Source: an uncultured Gammaproteobacteria bacterium
GTDB taxonomy: Bacteria > Patescibacteriota > Microgenomatia > UBA8517
Direction of reading: 5' to 3'
Length of the DNA stretch: 64,000 bases
NCBI GenBank assembly: GCA_964568925.1
Contig: CAZMSJ010000001.1
Span: 1,115-65,114 of the forward strand
Below the pieces are notes generated by a model. That model had not been told where the DNA came from, did no database searches, and worked only from the letters and a program-made list of their open reading frames with translations. Shown here in pieces: positions 1 through 9,913 of the stretch. The position numbers and the translations under genes were made by a program. Position 1 is the first letter of the stretch. Each line of letters starts with the position of its first letter.

Positions 1-485
1 ACTTTAAGACCAGCAATTTCACCAGCTTGTTTGGTTGCTTGTCGTTGTGCATCGTCAAAATATGCAGGAACAGTAATAACAGCTTGGGTAACAGTCTCAC
101 CCAAATAACTTTCAGCATCAGCCTTCAACTTCATCAAGACCTTTGCTCCAATTTCTTGTGGGGTATATACCTTTCCTTCAACATTAATTGCAGCAAGTCC
201 ATCTTTTGAGACAATTTCAAATGGAACCATATCTCGAGTTCGTTTGACTTCTGAGTCATCAAATCGTCGACCCATGAGTCTTTTTGCTGAAGCAATTGTG
301 TTTTTTGCATTCAAAATCATCTGACGTTTTGCAACGTCTCCGACTAAGTTTTTAACAGGTTCAACAACAGATGGAGTAATATTTCGTCCGGTGTCAGCTG
401 CTGGAATTACTTTTGGACTTCCAGCTTCCATAACAGACACAACAGAATTTGTTGTTCCTAAATCGATTCCAATAATTTTTGACAT
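1..485 (-). CDS. dnaK: Molecular chaperone DnaK, N-terminal ~161 aa (partial, continues left of window)
   Basis: Reverse-strand translation from ATG (complement at 483-485) reads [22 protein letters not shown]...[20 protein letters not shown], the Hsp70 N-terminal ATPase signatures. Operon position after hrcA-grpE. Confidence 0.85.
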   Translation of the reverse strand, partial: MSKIIGIDLGTTNSVVSVMEAGSPKVIPAADTGRNITPSVVEPVKNLVGDVAKRQMILNAKNTIASAKRLMGRRFDDSEVKRTRDMVPFEIVSKDGLAAINVEGKVYTPQEIGAKVLMKLKADAESYLGETVTQAVITVPAYFDDAQRQATKQAGEIAGLK

Positions 486-493
486 ATTTTTAA

Positions 494-979
494 TTAATTT
501 TTCTTATACACTTTCACTTTTGCGTACCGAATGACGGGACCATCAATAAATTTATACCCTGGAAGCGTTACCTCTGCAATTGTATCTTCATCATGTTCTT
601 CTGAAACAATTGTGTCTACTGCTTCACAGACCGTATGATCAAATATCATACCACTTTTAACCTCAATTTCAACTATTCCTTCATCCTTCAATGTGTCTTG
701 CAACACTTTCAAACTAATACCCAAACCTGCATCACCTAAGTGGCGTTGTGCGTCTGCAATCATATCAAAGATTGGCAAAAACCGAGTGATAAAACGTTTG
801 GTGATCATATCAATCATTTCACTTCGTTCACGATCAACTCTTTTTCTTAAATTTTCATAATCAGCCAGTGCTCGTGCTAATTGCATCTTCACGTTATCAA
901 GTTCAGAAGGAGTAATAACTTCTGTTTCTTCTTGAATAATTTCTTCTTCTTGTTTGGTCTGACTTTTCTTGTCGTTCAT
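494..979 (-). CDS. grpE: Nucleotide exchange factor GrpE
   Basis: ORF track 494..1066. Likely internal start MNDKKSQ at 979 to avoid overlap with hrcA. Acidic N-term, coiled-coil and the ENLRKR...VKVYKKN GrpE pattern. Sits between hrcA and dnaK. Confidence 0.75.
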   Translation of the reverse strand: MNDKKSQTKQEEEIIQEETEVITPSELDNVKMQLARALADYENLRKRVDRERSEMIDMITKRFITRFLPIFDMIADAQRHLGDAGLGISLKVLQDTLKDEGIVEIEVKSGMIFDHTVCEAVDTIVSEEHDEDTIAEVTLPGYKFIDGPVIRYAKVKVYKKN

Positions 980-995
980 AATTTTAAAATTAAGA

Positions 996-1730
996 TTACG
1001 CTGTTTGGCTGAGAGCTTCCTGAGCAAGTACTCCGAAATATCGAACGGTTGGAATGACTTGGGCATAGTTTAAACGAAAAGGCCCGACCACGCTAACTGC
1101 AAAATCATGATTGTTTGCACGGAACTTTGTTGCAACAATTCCAATAGGTGCCAAGTAGTCCCAACCCATCTCTTCACCAAACAAAACTTCAATTGGTGAA
1201 ACACCAGTTAGTCTTTCAAAAAAGAGCTCTTTCATAAAGCGCTCCTTTTCAAAGGATGCGAAAAGGTGCTGACACACTAAATAGTTAGCAAATTCTGGAT
1301 TGACGAACAAATTTGAATGCCCATATTGCCAAACAGAACCATCATCCATTGTAGAAATTGCAAATGCGTGCGTGTTTTGCGACAACATTTGTGTAATTTC
1401 TCGCATCAATCGATCTACATTTTGTCTTGAAGAATTAATTTGTTGTTTTGCACGAACTTCTTCAGCCAAACCAATCTTTTTCTCATCCATTAACTGACTG
1501 ATGTAAAACTTCATTGCAATTGGGGTTGGAACACGACCTGCGGAGGTGTGTGGCTGCTTTAAGTACCCTAAGGTGGTTAAGTCTGCCATTTCATTTCGAA
1601 TGGTCGCAGGAGATACGCCCAAGTTATATTTCTTTTCTAAGGCAAGAGAACCAACAGGCTCTGCTGTTTCTAAATACTCATCAATCAAAGCCTTTAATAT
1701 ATGTGTCTGACGAGGTGAAAGTCCTTCCAT
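996..1730 (-). CDS. hrcA: Heat-inducible transcription repressor HrcA
   Basis: N-terminal LSPRQTHILKALIDEYLETAEPVGSLALEKKYNLGVSPATIRNEMADL matches the HrcA wHTH signature. First gene of the hrcA-grpE-dnaK operon. Confidence 0.85.
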   Translation of the reverse strand: MEGLSPRQTHILKALIDEYLETAEPVGSLALEKKYNLGVSPATIRNEMADLTTLGYLKQPHTSAGRVPTPIAMKFYISQLMDEKKIGLAEEVRAKQQINSSRQNVDRLMREITQMLSQNTHAFAISTMDDGSVWQYGHSNLFVNPEFANYLVCQHLFASFEKERFMKELFFERLTGVSPIEVLFGEEMGWDYLAPIGIVATKFRANNHDFAVSVVGPFRLNYAQVIPTVRYFGVLAQEALSQTA

Positions 1731-1733
1731 ACT

Positions 1734-1760
1734 CTGGCACTATCCTACATCGAGTGCTAA
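1734..1760. promoter_or_regulatory. CIRCE-like inverted repeat (HrcA operator) at hrcA 5' end
   Basis: Minus-strand reading TTAGCACTC-gatgtagga-TAGTGCCAG. Left half is a perfect CIRCE half-site, the spacer is 9 nt, the right half matches 5/9. Confidence 0.4.
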
Positions 1761-1850
1761 TTCATGTCAAGACCTTCTGTAAGGTTATTTTTGACTTAAA
1801 AACTGAGGTAGAATATAATATAGGTAGGCATTTTTATAAGGAGGATCGCT

Positions 1851-2345
1851 TTGATTCCGTTAAAATTTCCTCGTGTTTTTGATGGTGACTTAGTTGCATT
1901 AAGTGAACTTCGACTGGTATTGAGGATGGAACCGTTTGAATGGGAACTCAAGATGCTACCTCTGCTCTACATCAGTAACGAGTATTTGCTGCATAACCAA
2001 ATTAAGATTGTGCAAAGAGATACCGGTAAAATGGAGCTGCTTGATGGTAATAATCCCAATATTGCCACCAGACTAAAATCAACATTTGTTGAAAACTCGG
2101 TTCTCATAGACAAAGTTCTCGCAGAAAGGATCATAAAGGCTCGAGATGCCGGCGTCCGCTCATTTTTAAAAAGACTCACACAAAACATGATTCCGAATTC
2201 GAGCTGGAACGACGTCATAACATTCGAATCTGAAGGGACACGCCAATATGCATGTGCAATTGGAATAAATGCGGCAGGTCATGAGGTTACTAATCCACAA
2301 CACAATTTTTCGACGCACGAGAAGTTACGATTGTTTCAGACCTGA
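1851..2345 (+). CDS. Hypothetical protein (164 aa), divergent from hrcA
   Basis: Intact ORF followed immediately by a strong rho-independent terminator. No recognisable motif. Confidence 0.35.
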   Translation: MIPLKFPRVFDGDLVALSELRLVLRMEPFEWELKMLPLLYISNEYLLHNQIKIVQRDTGKMELLDGNNPNIATRLKSTFVENSVLIDKVLAERIIKARDAGVRSFLKRLTQNMIPNSSWNDVITFESEGTRQYACAIGINAAGHEVTNPQHNFSTHEKLRLFQT

Positions 2346-2350
2346 CAGTA

Positions 2351-2379
2351 GGGCGGCTTTAATAAGCCGCCTTTTTTTC
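2351..2379 (+). terminator. Rho-independent terminator
   Basis: gggcggctt-taat-aagccgcc stem-loop followed by TTTTTTT. Confidence 0.6.
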
Positions 2380-2921
2380 TACTCTCCTCGATATATTCGT
2401 AATTGAGCAGTTGCCACCCCAATGACATAGGGCTTGAGTTCATTTTTCCCCTTGGCTTGAAACACTTCGCAGGTATGAAAACGCAGATATCCAGTAACTT
2501 CTGGCCCAATAACAATCTTCTGTTTTCCACACTCCCGGAGAGAGACAATTGTCAGTGATTCATAGTCAACAGGGTTTGCCCGAGATTTCCTCATCAAATC
2601 GACAAACGATTCATCAGTTGGGGACTTGGGAGCTACCAGAATATGCTGGGTCGCAGTCATGATCCCAAAATGCTCAACAGGTGAAAAATAATTGCACTGA
2701 ACTTGAATACTCCCTAAACAGACAACCCCGTCATAAAAAGCCAATTGATATTTCAAGGTTGTGTGTGTGAAAGAAAAGTCAATGGCGCCACTGGTTACTT
2801 TCTTCAAGCTAAACGATCGAATCGAGGGAATCGTAGATAGATCATGTGAATGAACGGTCAAATGAGCGGTCAAAAGAGCCTCCTTCTTGGGTCTTACGAG
2901 CCACAAGTATATCAAAAACAA
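2379..2921 (-). CDS. Hypothetical protein with N-terminal TM segment (180 aa)
   Basis: ORF only. Hydrophobic N-terminus MFLIYLWLV. No family recognised. Confidence 0.3.
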   Translation of the reverse strand: MFLIYLWLVRPKKEALLTAHLTVHSHDLSTIPSIRSFSLKKVTSGAIDFSFTHTTLKYQLAFYDGVVCLGSIQVQCNYFSPVEHFGIMTATQHILVAPKSPTDESFVDLMRKSRANPVDYESLTIVSLRECGKQKIVIGPEVTGYLRFHTCEVFQAKGKNELKPYVIGVATAQLRIYRGE

Positions 2922-2950
2922 AAACAGGCAGAAAAAGACAGTGAGATTAA

Positions 2951-4651
2951 CTAGAGAGAAGAGTCTTGTGTTGGGGTATTAATAGGCTCAGTTTCACGAG
3001 CAGGTCGAGGAAACGCACGACTTTTAATAACCTTAATGAATACTTGTAATTCCTCACTCTGCAAGAGAGCTGCAACCAACAGGTAAATGCAGATACCAGC
3101 GAGGGCGGTTAACACCGTTAACACAATCAAATTTCCGGTATAGCGAGTATCCAAAACAAAGCGTTCAAAATTAACTCCCATATCGATCGTGTTCATGAAA
3201 GAGAGGCGCTTTACCCAAACAGAACGGTCAAATGTTTTCAAAATCATAAACATTGAAACACCAGAAACGGTTGCAGCAATAAGGCTCTTGGCAATTGGTG
3301 CAACTGAAAACAGAGCACCATCATGCAATTTTCGAGCCAGTAGTACGTATAAGCTTCCAATCTGAACAGCACCTGACAGCGTGTTAGCCAAAGCTAATGA
3401 CCAGACAGGCAGATGGAAAACAAACACACAAATCATTTGGATGATCACAGTTAAAACAACATCGATAATGGCAAATTTAACTGGCGTCTTTGTGTCATGT
3501 AACGCATAGAAAGCACGGGAGATAAGCATTAAAGCTGCCTGCAGAGGAATACCGATTGCGTAAGCTGAGAGTGCGAGTCCTGTTTGAATCGTTGCTTGCC
3601 AATCAAACTTGTCTGCACCAAAGAGCAGACGAACGGCAGGGACACGAAGAACAATTAAAGTGCTAGCAATTGGAATGACAAAAAACATCATTTGGTTCAA
3701 GGTTGAAAGAAACGTTTTTCGAAATGCAACATGATCATCAGCCTGTCGAGTAAGCGTTGGCAGAGCTGCTTTTGCGAGTGAAACCCCTAAGAGGGTTACC
3801 GGAAAAGCCTGCAGAGAACCAGCAAGAGTTAAATATGTGTATGAGGCGGTTGAGGTAAGAGATGCAAAAAAGAGCTCTGAGGTTTTCAGTAACTGTAAGA
3901 TTCCTAATTCAAGCATTCGAGGAGCTGCAAGCTTCCCAACCTTTCTCACTCCATCATCAATATGGAGCTTTCGAGTAAAACGAAAACCTAATCGATACGC
4001 AAACGGCAGCTGAATACCAAGGTGCGCAAATGCGCCAATCACAACACCCAAGGCTGGGGCATACAACCCAAGTTGAGGAGTTAATAACACGGTTGTGATG
4101 ATAATACCTAAGTTATAAAAGAGCGGAGCCAAGGCAGGGATAAAGAAGCGACGAGAAGATTCAAGGACCCCAGTCACCACATAACTGACCACAAAGATAC
4201 CCTGGGCCATAAAGAGAATACGGGCAACACTTGCGATGACAACAGTTTCAGGCTCAGAGAAACCTGCGGCAATGAAACTATAGAGAGGAAATGCGAACAG
4301 ACTAAATAGAATGGCCAGAGGCAAAAAGACCAAGACCCCAATATTTACTACTTTTGAGGCAATGTCCCATGCTTCCTTCGGATCCTTTTTAAGAGTTGAG
4401 GTCACAACTGGGATAAATGCTGAGGAGAAAACACCTAAGGCTAAAACCTCAAACAAAAGATCTGGGAGTCGAAAAGCAGCAAAAAACATTGCATACTCTG
4501 TTGGGTTAAAGTAGGAAAGGAGGATTCGTTTGCTCACAAAACCGAGCACTTGAGACAGAACAACCATGCTCATAATGACGAATGCAGCACTCATCACTGA
4601 AGATTGAGGCTCAGTAAAGATTTTTTTGCCCCTTCCGAATATTTCTCTCAT
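2951..4651 (-). CDS. murJ: Lipid II flippase MurJ/MviN
   Basis: Polytopic membrane protein. N-terminal LSQVLGFVSKRILLSYF...AFRLPDLLFEVLALGVFSSAFIPVV is the MurJ signature. ORF track extends to 4702; the start is probably an internal Met. Confidence 0.75.
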   Translation of the reverse strand: MREIFGRGKKIFTEPQSSVMSAAFVIMSMVVLSQVLGFVSKRILLSYFNPTEYAMFFAAFRLPDLLFEVLALGVFSSAFIPVVTSTLKKDPKEAWDIASKVVNIGVLVFLPLAILFSLFAFPLYSFIAAGFSEPETVVIASVARILFMAQGIFVVSYVVTGVLESSRRFFIPALAPLFYNLGIIITTVLLTPQLGLYAPALGVVIGAFAHLGIQLPFAYRLGFRFTRKLHIDDGVRKVGKLAAPRMLELGILQLLKTSELFFASLTSTASYTYLTLAGSLQAFPVTLLGVSLAKAALPTLTRQADDHVAFRKTFLSTLNQMMFFVIPIASTLIVLRVPAVRLLFGADKFDWQATIQTGLALSAYAIGIPLQAALMLISRAFYALHDTKTPVKFAIIDVVLTVIIQMICVFVFHLPVWSLALANTLSGAVQIGSLYVLLARKLHDGALFSVAPIAKSLIAATVSGVSMFMILKTFDRSVWVKRLSFMNTIDMGVNFERFVLDTRYTGNLIVLTVLTALAGICIYLLVAALLQSEELQVFIKVIKSRAFPRPARETEPINTPTQDSSL

Positions 4652-4702
4652 TGCTTGCCATTCTAACGTGAAACATGTATACTCACAAACAGCTAAATTC
4701 AT

Positions 4703-4942
4703 ATGCCAGTAATTGAAAACGCCAAACGAGCCCTCCGGGGTTCAGAAAGAAAGAGAATCATGAACGACCTCACTCGTACAAAGTTTGAGGTAGCTGTTCG
4801 TGTTGCTAAAAAAGAGAAGACTGTTAAGGCAGTTTCTGAAGCATTCTCTCAAGTTGATAAAGCTGCAAAAAAGAATGTAATGCACAAAAATCGAGCTTCT
4901 CGAATCAAAAGTAGACTCGCAAAGCTCATTGCTTCTAAATAA
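4703..4942 (+). CDS. rpsT: 30S ribosomal protein S20
   Basis: 79-aa basic protein, MPVIENAKRALRGSERKR...NRASRIKSRLAKLI, typical S20. Confidence 0.8.
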   Translation: MPVIENAKRALRGSERKRIMNDLTRTKFEVAVRVAKKEKTVKAVSEAFSQVDKAAKKNVMHKNRASRIKSRLAKLIASK

Positions 4943-5007
4943 CTCCTCGTTTCCACCCTGTTTTTACGTATCCTTTCTTTGCTATGATGGAGTAGTCGAT
5001 ACTGTCT

Positions 5008-5580
5008 ATGGCTGCCCAAAAGAAAAGATCACTGATTAACTTGCTCCCGTCTGATGACTATCCAGATACCCTGGGTGGAAGAATTATTGCGTGGCTTTTG
5101 ACCACATTCCGCTTCATGGTCATTGCAGTTGAGTTAGTTGTTATCTCCGGATTTCTCTTTAGATTCTTCCTTGATACCCAAAATGCAGACCTAACTGACG
5201 AGATAAATCAGAAAAAGGCACTGATTAGCTCATACCTTCCATTTGAAAATGAATTTAAAAAGACACAAAAGCAGCTCACGACCTTTGTAACCTTTGCCAA
5301 TGAAGCAAATACCTCAGAGCCAATCTTTACGGCGATAGCCGCTAAAATTCCAGAAAACATTAAAATCTCAGCCTTCTCTCAAACAGGGCCTTTGGTTAAC
5401 CTCCGTGTGACAAGTAACTCAGAACCTTCAGTTGCAGGATTTGTTGCAGACTTACAAAAAGATGAACGTTTTGCAAACACCTTAATTTCCCAAATCGAAA
5501 ACCGTGGAGCAACTGCGGCAGTTACCACGTACACAATAGAAATTAATGTAAAAGAGAAAGGAGCTCAAAATGGCAGCTAG
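5008..5580 (+). CDS. pilN: Type IV pilus assembly protein PilN-like
   Basis: N-terminal INLLP motif, then a single TM, then a coiled-coil periplasmic domain. Confidence 0.55.
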   Translation: MAAQKKRSLINLLPSDDYPDTLGGRIIAWLLTTFRFMVIAVELVVISGFLFRFFLDTQNADLTDEINQKKALISSYLPFENEFKKTQKQLTTFVTFANEANTSEPIFTAIAAKIPENIKISAFSQTGPLVNLRVTSNSEPSVAGFVADLQKDERFANTLISQIENRGATAAVTTYTIEINVKEKGAQNGS

Positions 5581-6217
5581 ATGGGGTTCTGACAATCAAC
5601 TATACAAACGATACATTGCAGAGCTTGTGAATTTGTATGGAACACGATCTGATATACGAGCATTCACTGAAGTAATTTTGTCTGTCATTGCTATCTTTGT
5701 TTTTGGTGTCTTTGCACTCAGACCGACATTAACAACAATCGGTGGACTCACAACAGACATCTCACAAAAACGAGATACCTTGGCACAAATGGACCAAAAG
5801 ATAACAAACATCGCGACAGCTCAAAGTTTGTATGACTCACAAAAAACAAATATCGATCTGTTGCAAATTGCCGTTCCAACCACTCCAAGTGTCTTTGAGT
5901 ATTTAGGACAAATAGAACTCGTTGCCAAAAAGGATGGAGTGCAGATGACTTCATTAACAACAGAACGTGTTCCACTTCTTGGAGAAACACCAGTGGCACC
6001 TGTTGAAGCACAACCAAAGGAGGTAACAGATTCATCAGTTAACTTTGCGGTTACCTTCACCGGAACATATGCAGGTCTCTTTCAAACTCTTTCAGATATC
6101 GAGCATCTTCGAAGACCAAATCTTTCAAAGAACGTCTTTATGAGTAGTGAAACAACACTTACCGGAACGGTGATTACCCTGACAATAACAGGAACAGTGC
6201 CGTATATTAAAAACTAA
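5570..6217 (+). CDS. pilO: Type IV pilus assembly protein PilO-like
   Basis: Follows the pilN-like gene with overlap. N-terminal TM plus coiled-coil topology typical of PilO. Confidence 0.4.
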   Translation: MAARWGSDNQLYKRYIAELVNLYGTRSDIRAFTEVILSVIAIFVFGVFALRPTLTTIGGLTTDISQKRDTLAQMDQKITNIATAQSLYDSQKTNIDLLQIAVPTTPSVFEYLGQIELVAKKDGVQMTSLTTERVPLLGETPVAPVEAQPKEVTDSSVNFAVTFTGTYAGLFQTLSDIEHLRRPNLSKNVFMSSETTLTGTVITLTITGTVPYIKN

Positions 6218-6218
6218 T

Positions 6219-6434
6219 ATGCAAAGTACAAAATACATGCCAAAAAGTTTGAAGTTAATTCTTGCGTTAACACTTATTACCACCTTTTCGTGGATTGGAT
6301 TTGATGTATATCGATCGTTTACTCAACTGCCTCCTCCAATTGTCTCAGCAGAAATCTTGGCACCAGTTGACCCAACATTAAATGTGGATATTTTAAATGC
6401 ACTACCAAACAGGGTATATTTAAATAATCAATAA
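6219..6434 (+). CDS. Small membrane protein (71 aa)
   Basis: ORF with a hydrophobic N-terminus LKLILALTLITTFSWIGF. Translationally coupled position after the pilO-like gene. Confidence 0.3.
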   Translation: MQSTKYMPKSLKLILALTLITTFSWIGFDVYRSFTQLPPPIVSAEILAPVDPTLNVDILNALPNRVYLNNQ

Positions 6435-7781
6435 ATGAAGAAATCTAGAATTCCTACAGTCATCGGTGTTTTTACTCTCGTCATAGGCGTTGCCGTGGGT
6501 GTGTTTGCCGTTAATCAAACCCAATCATTTAGACTCGGTGCCTCTCCTGAAACAACTCCACAAGATGTTCAGATCTCAAACATTCAAGATAAGTCTGCAA
6601 CAATTACATGGAAGACAGATAAAGCAGTTGTCGGCAGTATTGTCTGGGATGAAACAGCAAATGTTTCAAAGGCAGCTGCAGACGGAACAAGTTTAAAAAA
6701 TCTTCACTCAGTAAACCTAACCGGGCTTACCCCAGGAAAGAGATATTACTTTAAGATTATTTCTTCAAACGCAACGTACTCAAACAGTGGATCCCCATGG
6801 ACATTTGATACCCAAGCAAAGGTCCCAACAAAGACGCAAGTGTTAACAGGTTCTATCTTAACGGCGACCGGACAACCAGCTGCAAATGCTCAGGTGTTTG
6901 TTTCTTCTGCAAATATGGCACTCTTGTCAGGCACCACAACTGATAGTGGAAACTGGACAGTTACTGCTCCTATTGCATCAGATGCACTCTTAAAGGAAAC
7001 CATTGATATCTTTGTACAAGGTGGAACCGAGGGAATTGCATCAGCTCAGATTAACTTTAAAGATGCACAAAACACTCCTCCAATCACGATGGGGAAGACT
7101 CACGACTTTAGAGGTACTGCAGCAATTAACAACAGTAATCAACCAGAGTCATCTCTCTCACTTCCAGTTACCCAAACAACAAGTAAGCAATCCGGTTTTG
7201 CAGTTGAAGAGACCAAGACTACCAAATCAACAACCGTTGACCTAAAGAGTATTAAAGACAAAGAACAAGTCTTCACAAAGAAGCCTGAGTTTTTTGGAGA
7301 TGGTACCCCAGGTACGTCAATTACCATTACTGTTCACTCTACTGCTGTTGCAACACAAACACTTAAGATTCCATCAAGTGGAAGCTGGAGATGGAGCCCT
7401 TCAACACAACTTGAAGAGGGTGCTCATACAATCACCATTACCTGGAAAGATGCTGCAGGAATTTTAAGAACGTTAACGAGAAACTTCACCGTAAGTGCTG
7501 CTGACAATACATCACTTGCATTTGAATCTACCCCTTCTGGTTCTACTGCTACACCAAAAGCAACTGCAACACCAAAGGCCACGAAGACTCCAACACCAAC
7601 CGTTGAGCCAACATCAACACCATCTGCTACACCAGTGGCAACAAAGACTCCTCGACCAACAGCAACACCGGCATCAACGTCAGCGTTACCTGAAGCTGGA
7701 GTAGCTGAAAACACCTACATACTTCTTGCTGCAGGTTTTGCACTCATTGCTGCATCGTTCATCATTTTTAAGAAGGCCTGA
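6435..7781 (+). CDS. Secreted surface protein with FN3-like domain, Thr/Pro-rich stalk and a C-terminal LPEAG sorting signal
   Basis: Signal/TM at N-term. ATITWKTDKAVVGSIVWDE...GKRYYFKI is an FN3/PAP-N-like motif. C-terminus is ATPKATATPKATKTP... then LPEAG + hydrophobic span + KKA. Confidence 0.5.
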   Translation: MKKSRIPTVIGVFTLVIGVAVGVFAVNQTQSFRLGASPETTPQDVQISNIQDKSATITWKTDKAVVGSIVWDETANVSKAAADGTSLKNLHSVNLTGLTPGKRYYFKIISSNATYSNSGSPWTFDTQAKVPTKTQVLTGSILTATGQPAANAQVFVSSANMALLSGTTTDSGNWTVTAPIASDALLKETIDIFVQGGTEGIASAQINFKDAQNTPPITMGKTHDFRGTAAINNSNQPESSLSLPVTQTTSKQSGFAVEETKTTKSTTVDLKSIKDKEQVFTKKPEFFGDGTPGTSITITVHSTAVATQTLKIPSSGSWRWSPSTQLEEGAHTITITWKDAAGILRTLTRNFTVSAADNTSLAFESTPSGSTATPKATATPKATKTPTPTVEPTSTPSATPVATKTPRPTATPASTSALPEAGVAENTYILLAAGFALIAASFIIFKKA

Positions 7782-7786
7782 CAATC

Positions 7787-8542
7787 ATGGACCAATCTAC
7801 GAACGCGGTATCACCGTTTCCTACAATAAACCCTCCGGCTCCAACAACTACGATCGTTTCTCAAAGTAAACCTGGTGGAGTAAATAAAAAGATGATTGGT
7901 GCCATCATTGGTATTGTTTTATTAGTTATTGGTCTTGTGAGTGGATTGTTTTTAGTAAGTCAAAGACAACAGTTTCAGCAAAAAGCATGGGACTGCAGTA
8001 AGTATCACTTTGTAATGACCAAAGAGGGACAAATTACAGCGGTAAACGACAGTACCAATAGTGAACCACTTCAACAGGCGGACGTTTATATAAACAATGC
8101 AAAGGCGACAACACTTGATGTACCAGCTCTAAACCCTGGACAATCAGCAGTGATTGGACAAGTAACCGTGCCAGTAAGTGGAACATTTAGTTGGGAAGTA
8201 CGAGGACTCGCTGACTGTTCTTCAACCGGAAGTTTCACGGCACAAGAAACAGCAAAGTGCGTTGACATCAAAGCATATGACGACAAGTGGACAGTTTTAT
8301 CTGCAACAGAACTTACAAACTTAAAGGCAGGAAGTGTTGTGAGGTTTGCAGTAACTGGAAGTACATCAACTGGTGCATTTTCAAAAGCTCGATTCAAAAT
8401 AAATGGTGTTGTTGGTACTGAAGTAACAACAAAGAGACCAGCATCAGAAGATTTCTATACTGAATATACCGTTCCAAAAGGAACAACAACATTTACGATT
8501 TCAGCTGAGCTGTTTCACAACACCTTTAATAAGTGGTTTTAA
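7787..8542 (+). CDS. N-terminally anchored secreted protein (251 aa)
   Basis: TM at residues ~35-58 then a beta-rich extracellular domain. Part of the surface-protein gene run. Confidence 0.4.
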   Translation: MDQSTNAVSPFPTINPPAPTTTIVSQSKPGGVNKKMIGAIIGIVLLVIGLVSGLFLVSQRQQFQQKAWDCSKYHFVMTKEGQITAVNDSTNSEPLQQADVYINNAKATTLDVPALNPGQSAVIGQVTVPVSGTFSWEVRGLADCSSTGSFTAQETAKCVDIKAYDDKWTVLSATELTNLKAGSVVRFAVTGSTSTGAFSKARFKINGVVGTEVTTKRPASEDFYTEYTVPKGTTTFTISAELFHNTFNKWF

Positions 8543-9795
8543 TCCCTATGAAAAAATTCATATCAGAAAACAAATTAGCAGTTGGAGGAATTGGTATAAC
8601 AGCAGTTCTCGCCTTTGTTGCAGTCTTTACCGCACTTCGCTTGTACTCTCTTCGTGCTCCTAATGCACCTGAAAGTAATCCAGGCGCAACTGATCTTCAG
8701 TGTCAGAACGGAGACCAAAATCGAGATCAAAACATGTGGCTTATTTGTGAATGTCCAAATGGATGTACACAAAAATGTGACACCTCAGCCGGTGGCGGTG
8801 GCTGTGGTTGGGTATGTGATCAAAATTGTCGACTTGTTCCTCGAGGGACAAACCCACAAGGGCAATGTACTCAAACTGATTATGTTCATGATGGCACCAG
8901 CAATTATTGTGGTGTAGCAAACATTAGCTGTGGCACATCATGCCAAGGAGGCGGTTCTACTCCGGTACCGACCCCAAGGGGGCTTTGTGATAACAGTTGT
9001 ACAACCGATGCTGATTGTGAAGCAACAAGCCCAACAGGTGCTCAATTAACATGTAATACGACTCTCAAGAAATGTGTAAATAAATTATGTCCAAACGATA
9101 CAATTCCTGGCAATAACTGCGACTGTAAAACAGCGGTACAACAATGTGGCCAGCCATGTGGTGGTGGATATCCACTTTGTGGTGCAGGATTCACCTGTGT
9201 CTATACAAAGGGGCCAACCTGTGTTGCTTCAAGTGTGGCGAACCCAACAAGTTATTGTGTGCCACAGCCGCAAGCACCAGGCTATTCATTTGCAAACTGT
9301 GTTTCACGAGACAAACTTAATTCATATCTTGTAAAGGGAACGAAGACTGTCTTTACTCCAGCGGAAGTTCTTGAAGCATGTAGTCCACAAGCGACATCTA
9401 CGCCAACAGCAACACCAACATCGACTCCTGACATTGTTACGATGGCATGTACCGCTCTTACCTTTACCTTAACAACTGCAACAGGAACCCCAACAGCTAC
9501 TGCCACGGCCACAGCAACTGCTACGGCAACCGCCACAGCCACCGCTACTGCGACTGCGACATCTACCGCTACGGCCACAGCAACTGCTACGAGTACCGCG
9601 ACAAGTACTCCTGTGGCAACAAGTACACCGACTGGAACTTCAACGGCAACGCCACGAGTAACAAACTCACCAATTGCAAAGGCAACAGAATCACCAACAC
9701 CATCACTTCCAAATGCAGGCGTTGCGTGGCCTACAATTCTCACTGCTACAGTTGGAATTCTCTTAATGGGGCTTGCGATCTTCCTCGCAATGTAA
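8533..9795 (+). CDS. Cys-rich secreted protein with (TA)n low-complexity stalk and C-terminal LPNAG sorting signal
   Basis: >40 Cys in CxxC/CxC patterns (CECPNGCTQKCD...). Run of TATATATATATATATATATATST. C-terminal LPNAG + TM. Confidence 0.5.
   Translation: MVLIPMKKFISENKLAVGGIGITAVLAFVAVFTALRLYSLRAPNAPESNPGATDLQCQNGDQNRDQNMWLICECPNGCTQKCDTSAGGGGCGWVCDQNCRLVPRGTNPQGQCTQTDYVHDGTSNYCGVANISCGTSCQGGGSTPVPTPRGLCDNSCTTDADCEATSPTGAQLTCNTTLKKCVNKLCPNDTIPGNNCDCKTAVQQCGQPCGGGYPLCGAGFTCVYTKGPTCVASSVANPTSYCVPQPQAPGYSFANCVSRDKLNSYLVKGTKTVFTPAEVLEACSPQATSTPTATPTSTPDIVTMACTALTFTLTTATGTPTATATATATATATATATATATATSTATATATATSTATSTPVATSTPTGTSTATPRVTNSPIAKATESPTPSLPNAGVAWPTILTATVGILLMGLAIFLAM
9493..9612 (+). repeat. 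Imperfect hexanucleotide (GCNACN) tandem repeat encoding the (Thr-Ala)n tract
   Basis: About 20 tandem 6-nt units visible directly (acagctactgccacggccacagcaactgctacggcaacc...). Confidence 0.6.
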
Positions 9796-9913
9796 AAGTC
9801 ACTTTACTTCTTTTTCTTTCGTGAAGGTATCTGCCTTTTCTTCACAGATATTGAGTGTCAAATTACACAGCTAATATTGTTAATCTTTCCTAAATGAAGA
9901 AACTCACTGGTGG

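Noticed and set aside
1700-1725. GAAAGTCC (RNase P RNA P4-like) 8-mer
   Set aside because: It lies inside the hrcA coding start (ATG GAA GGA CTT TCA). No partner P4 strand or surrounding RNase P structure is present.
9480-9620. Possible CRISPR-like repeat array
   Set aside because: The repeats are 6-nt units in frame inside an ORF encoding (Thr-Ala)n. There are no 25-40-nt repeats with unique spacers and no cas genes.
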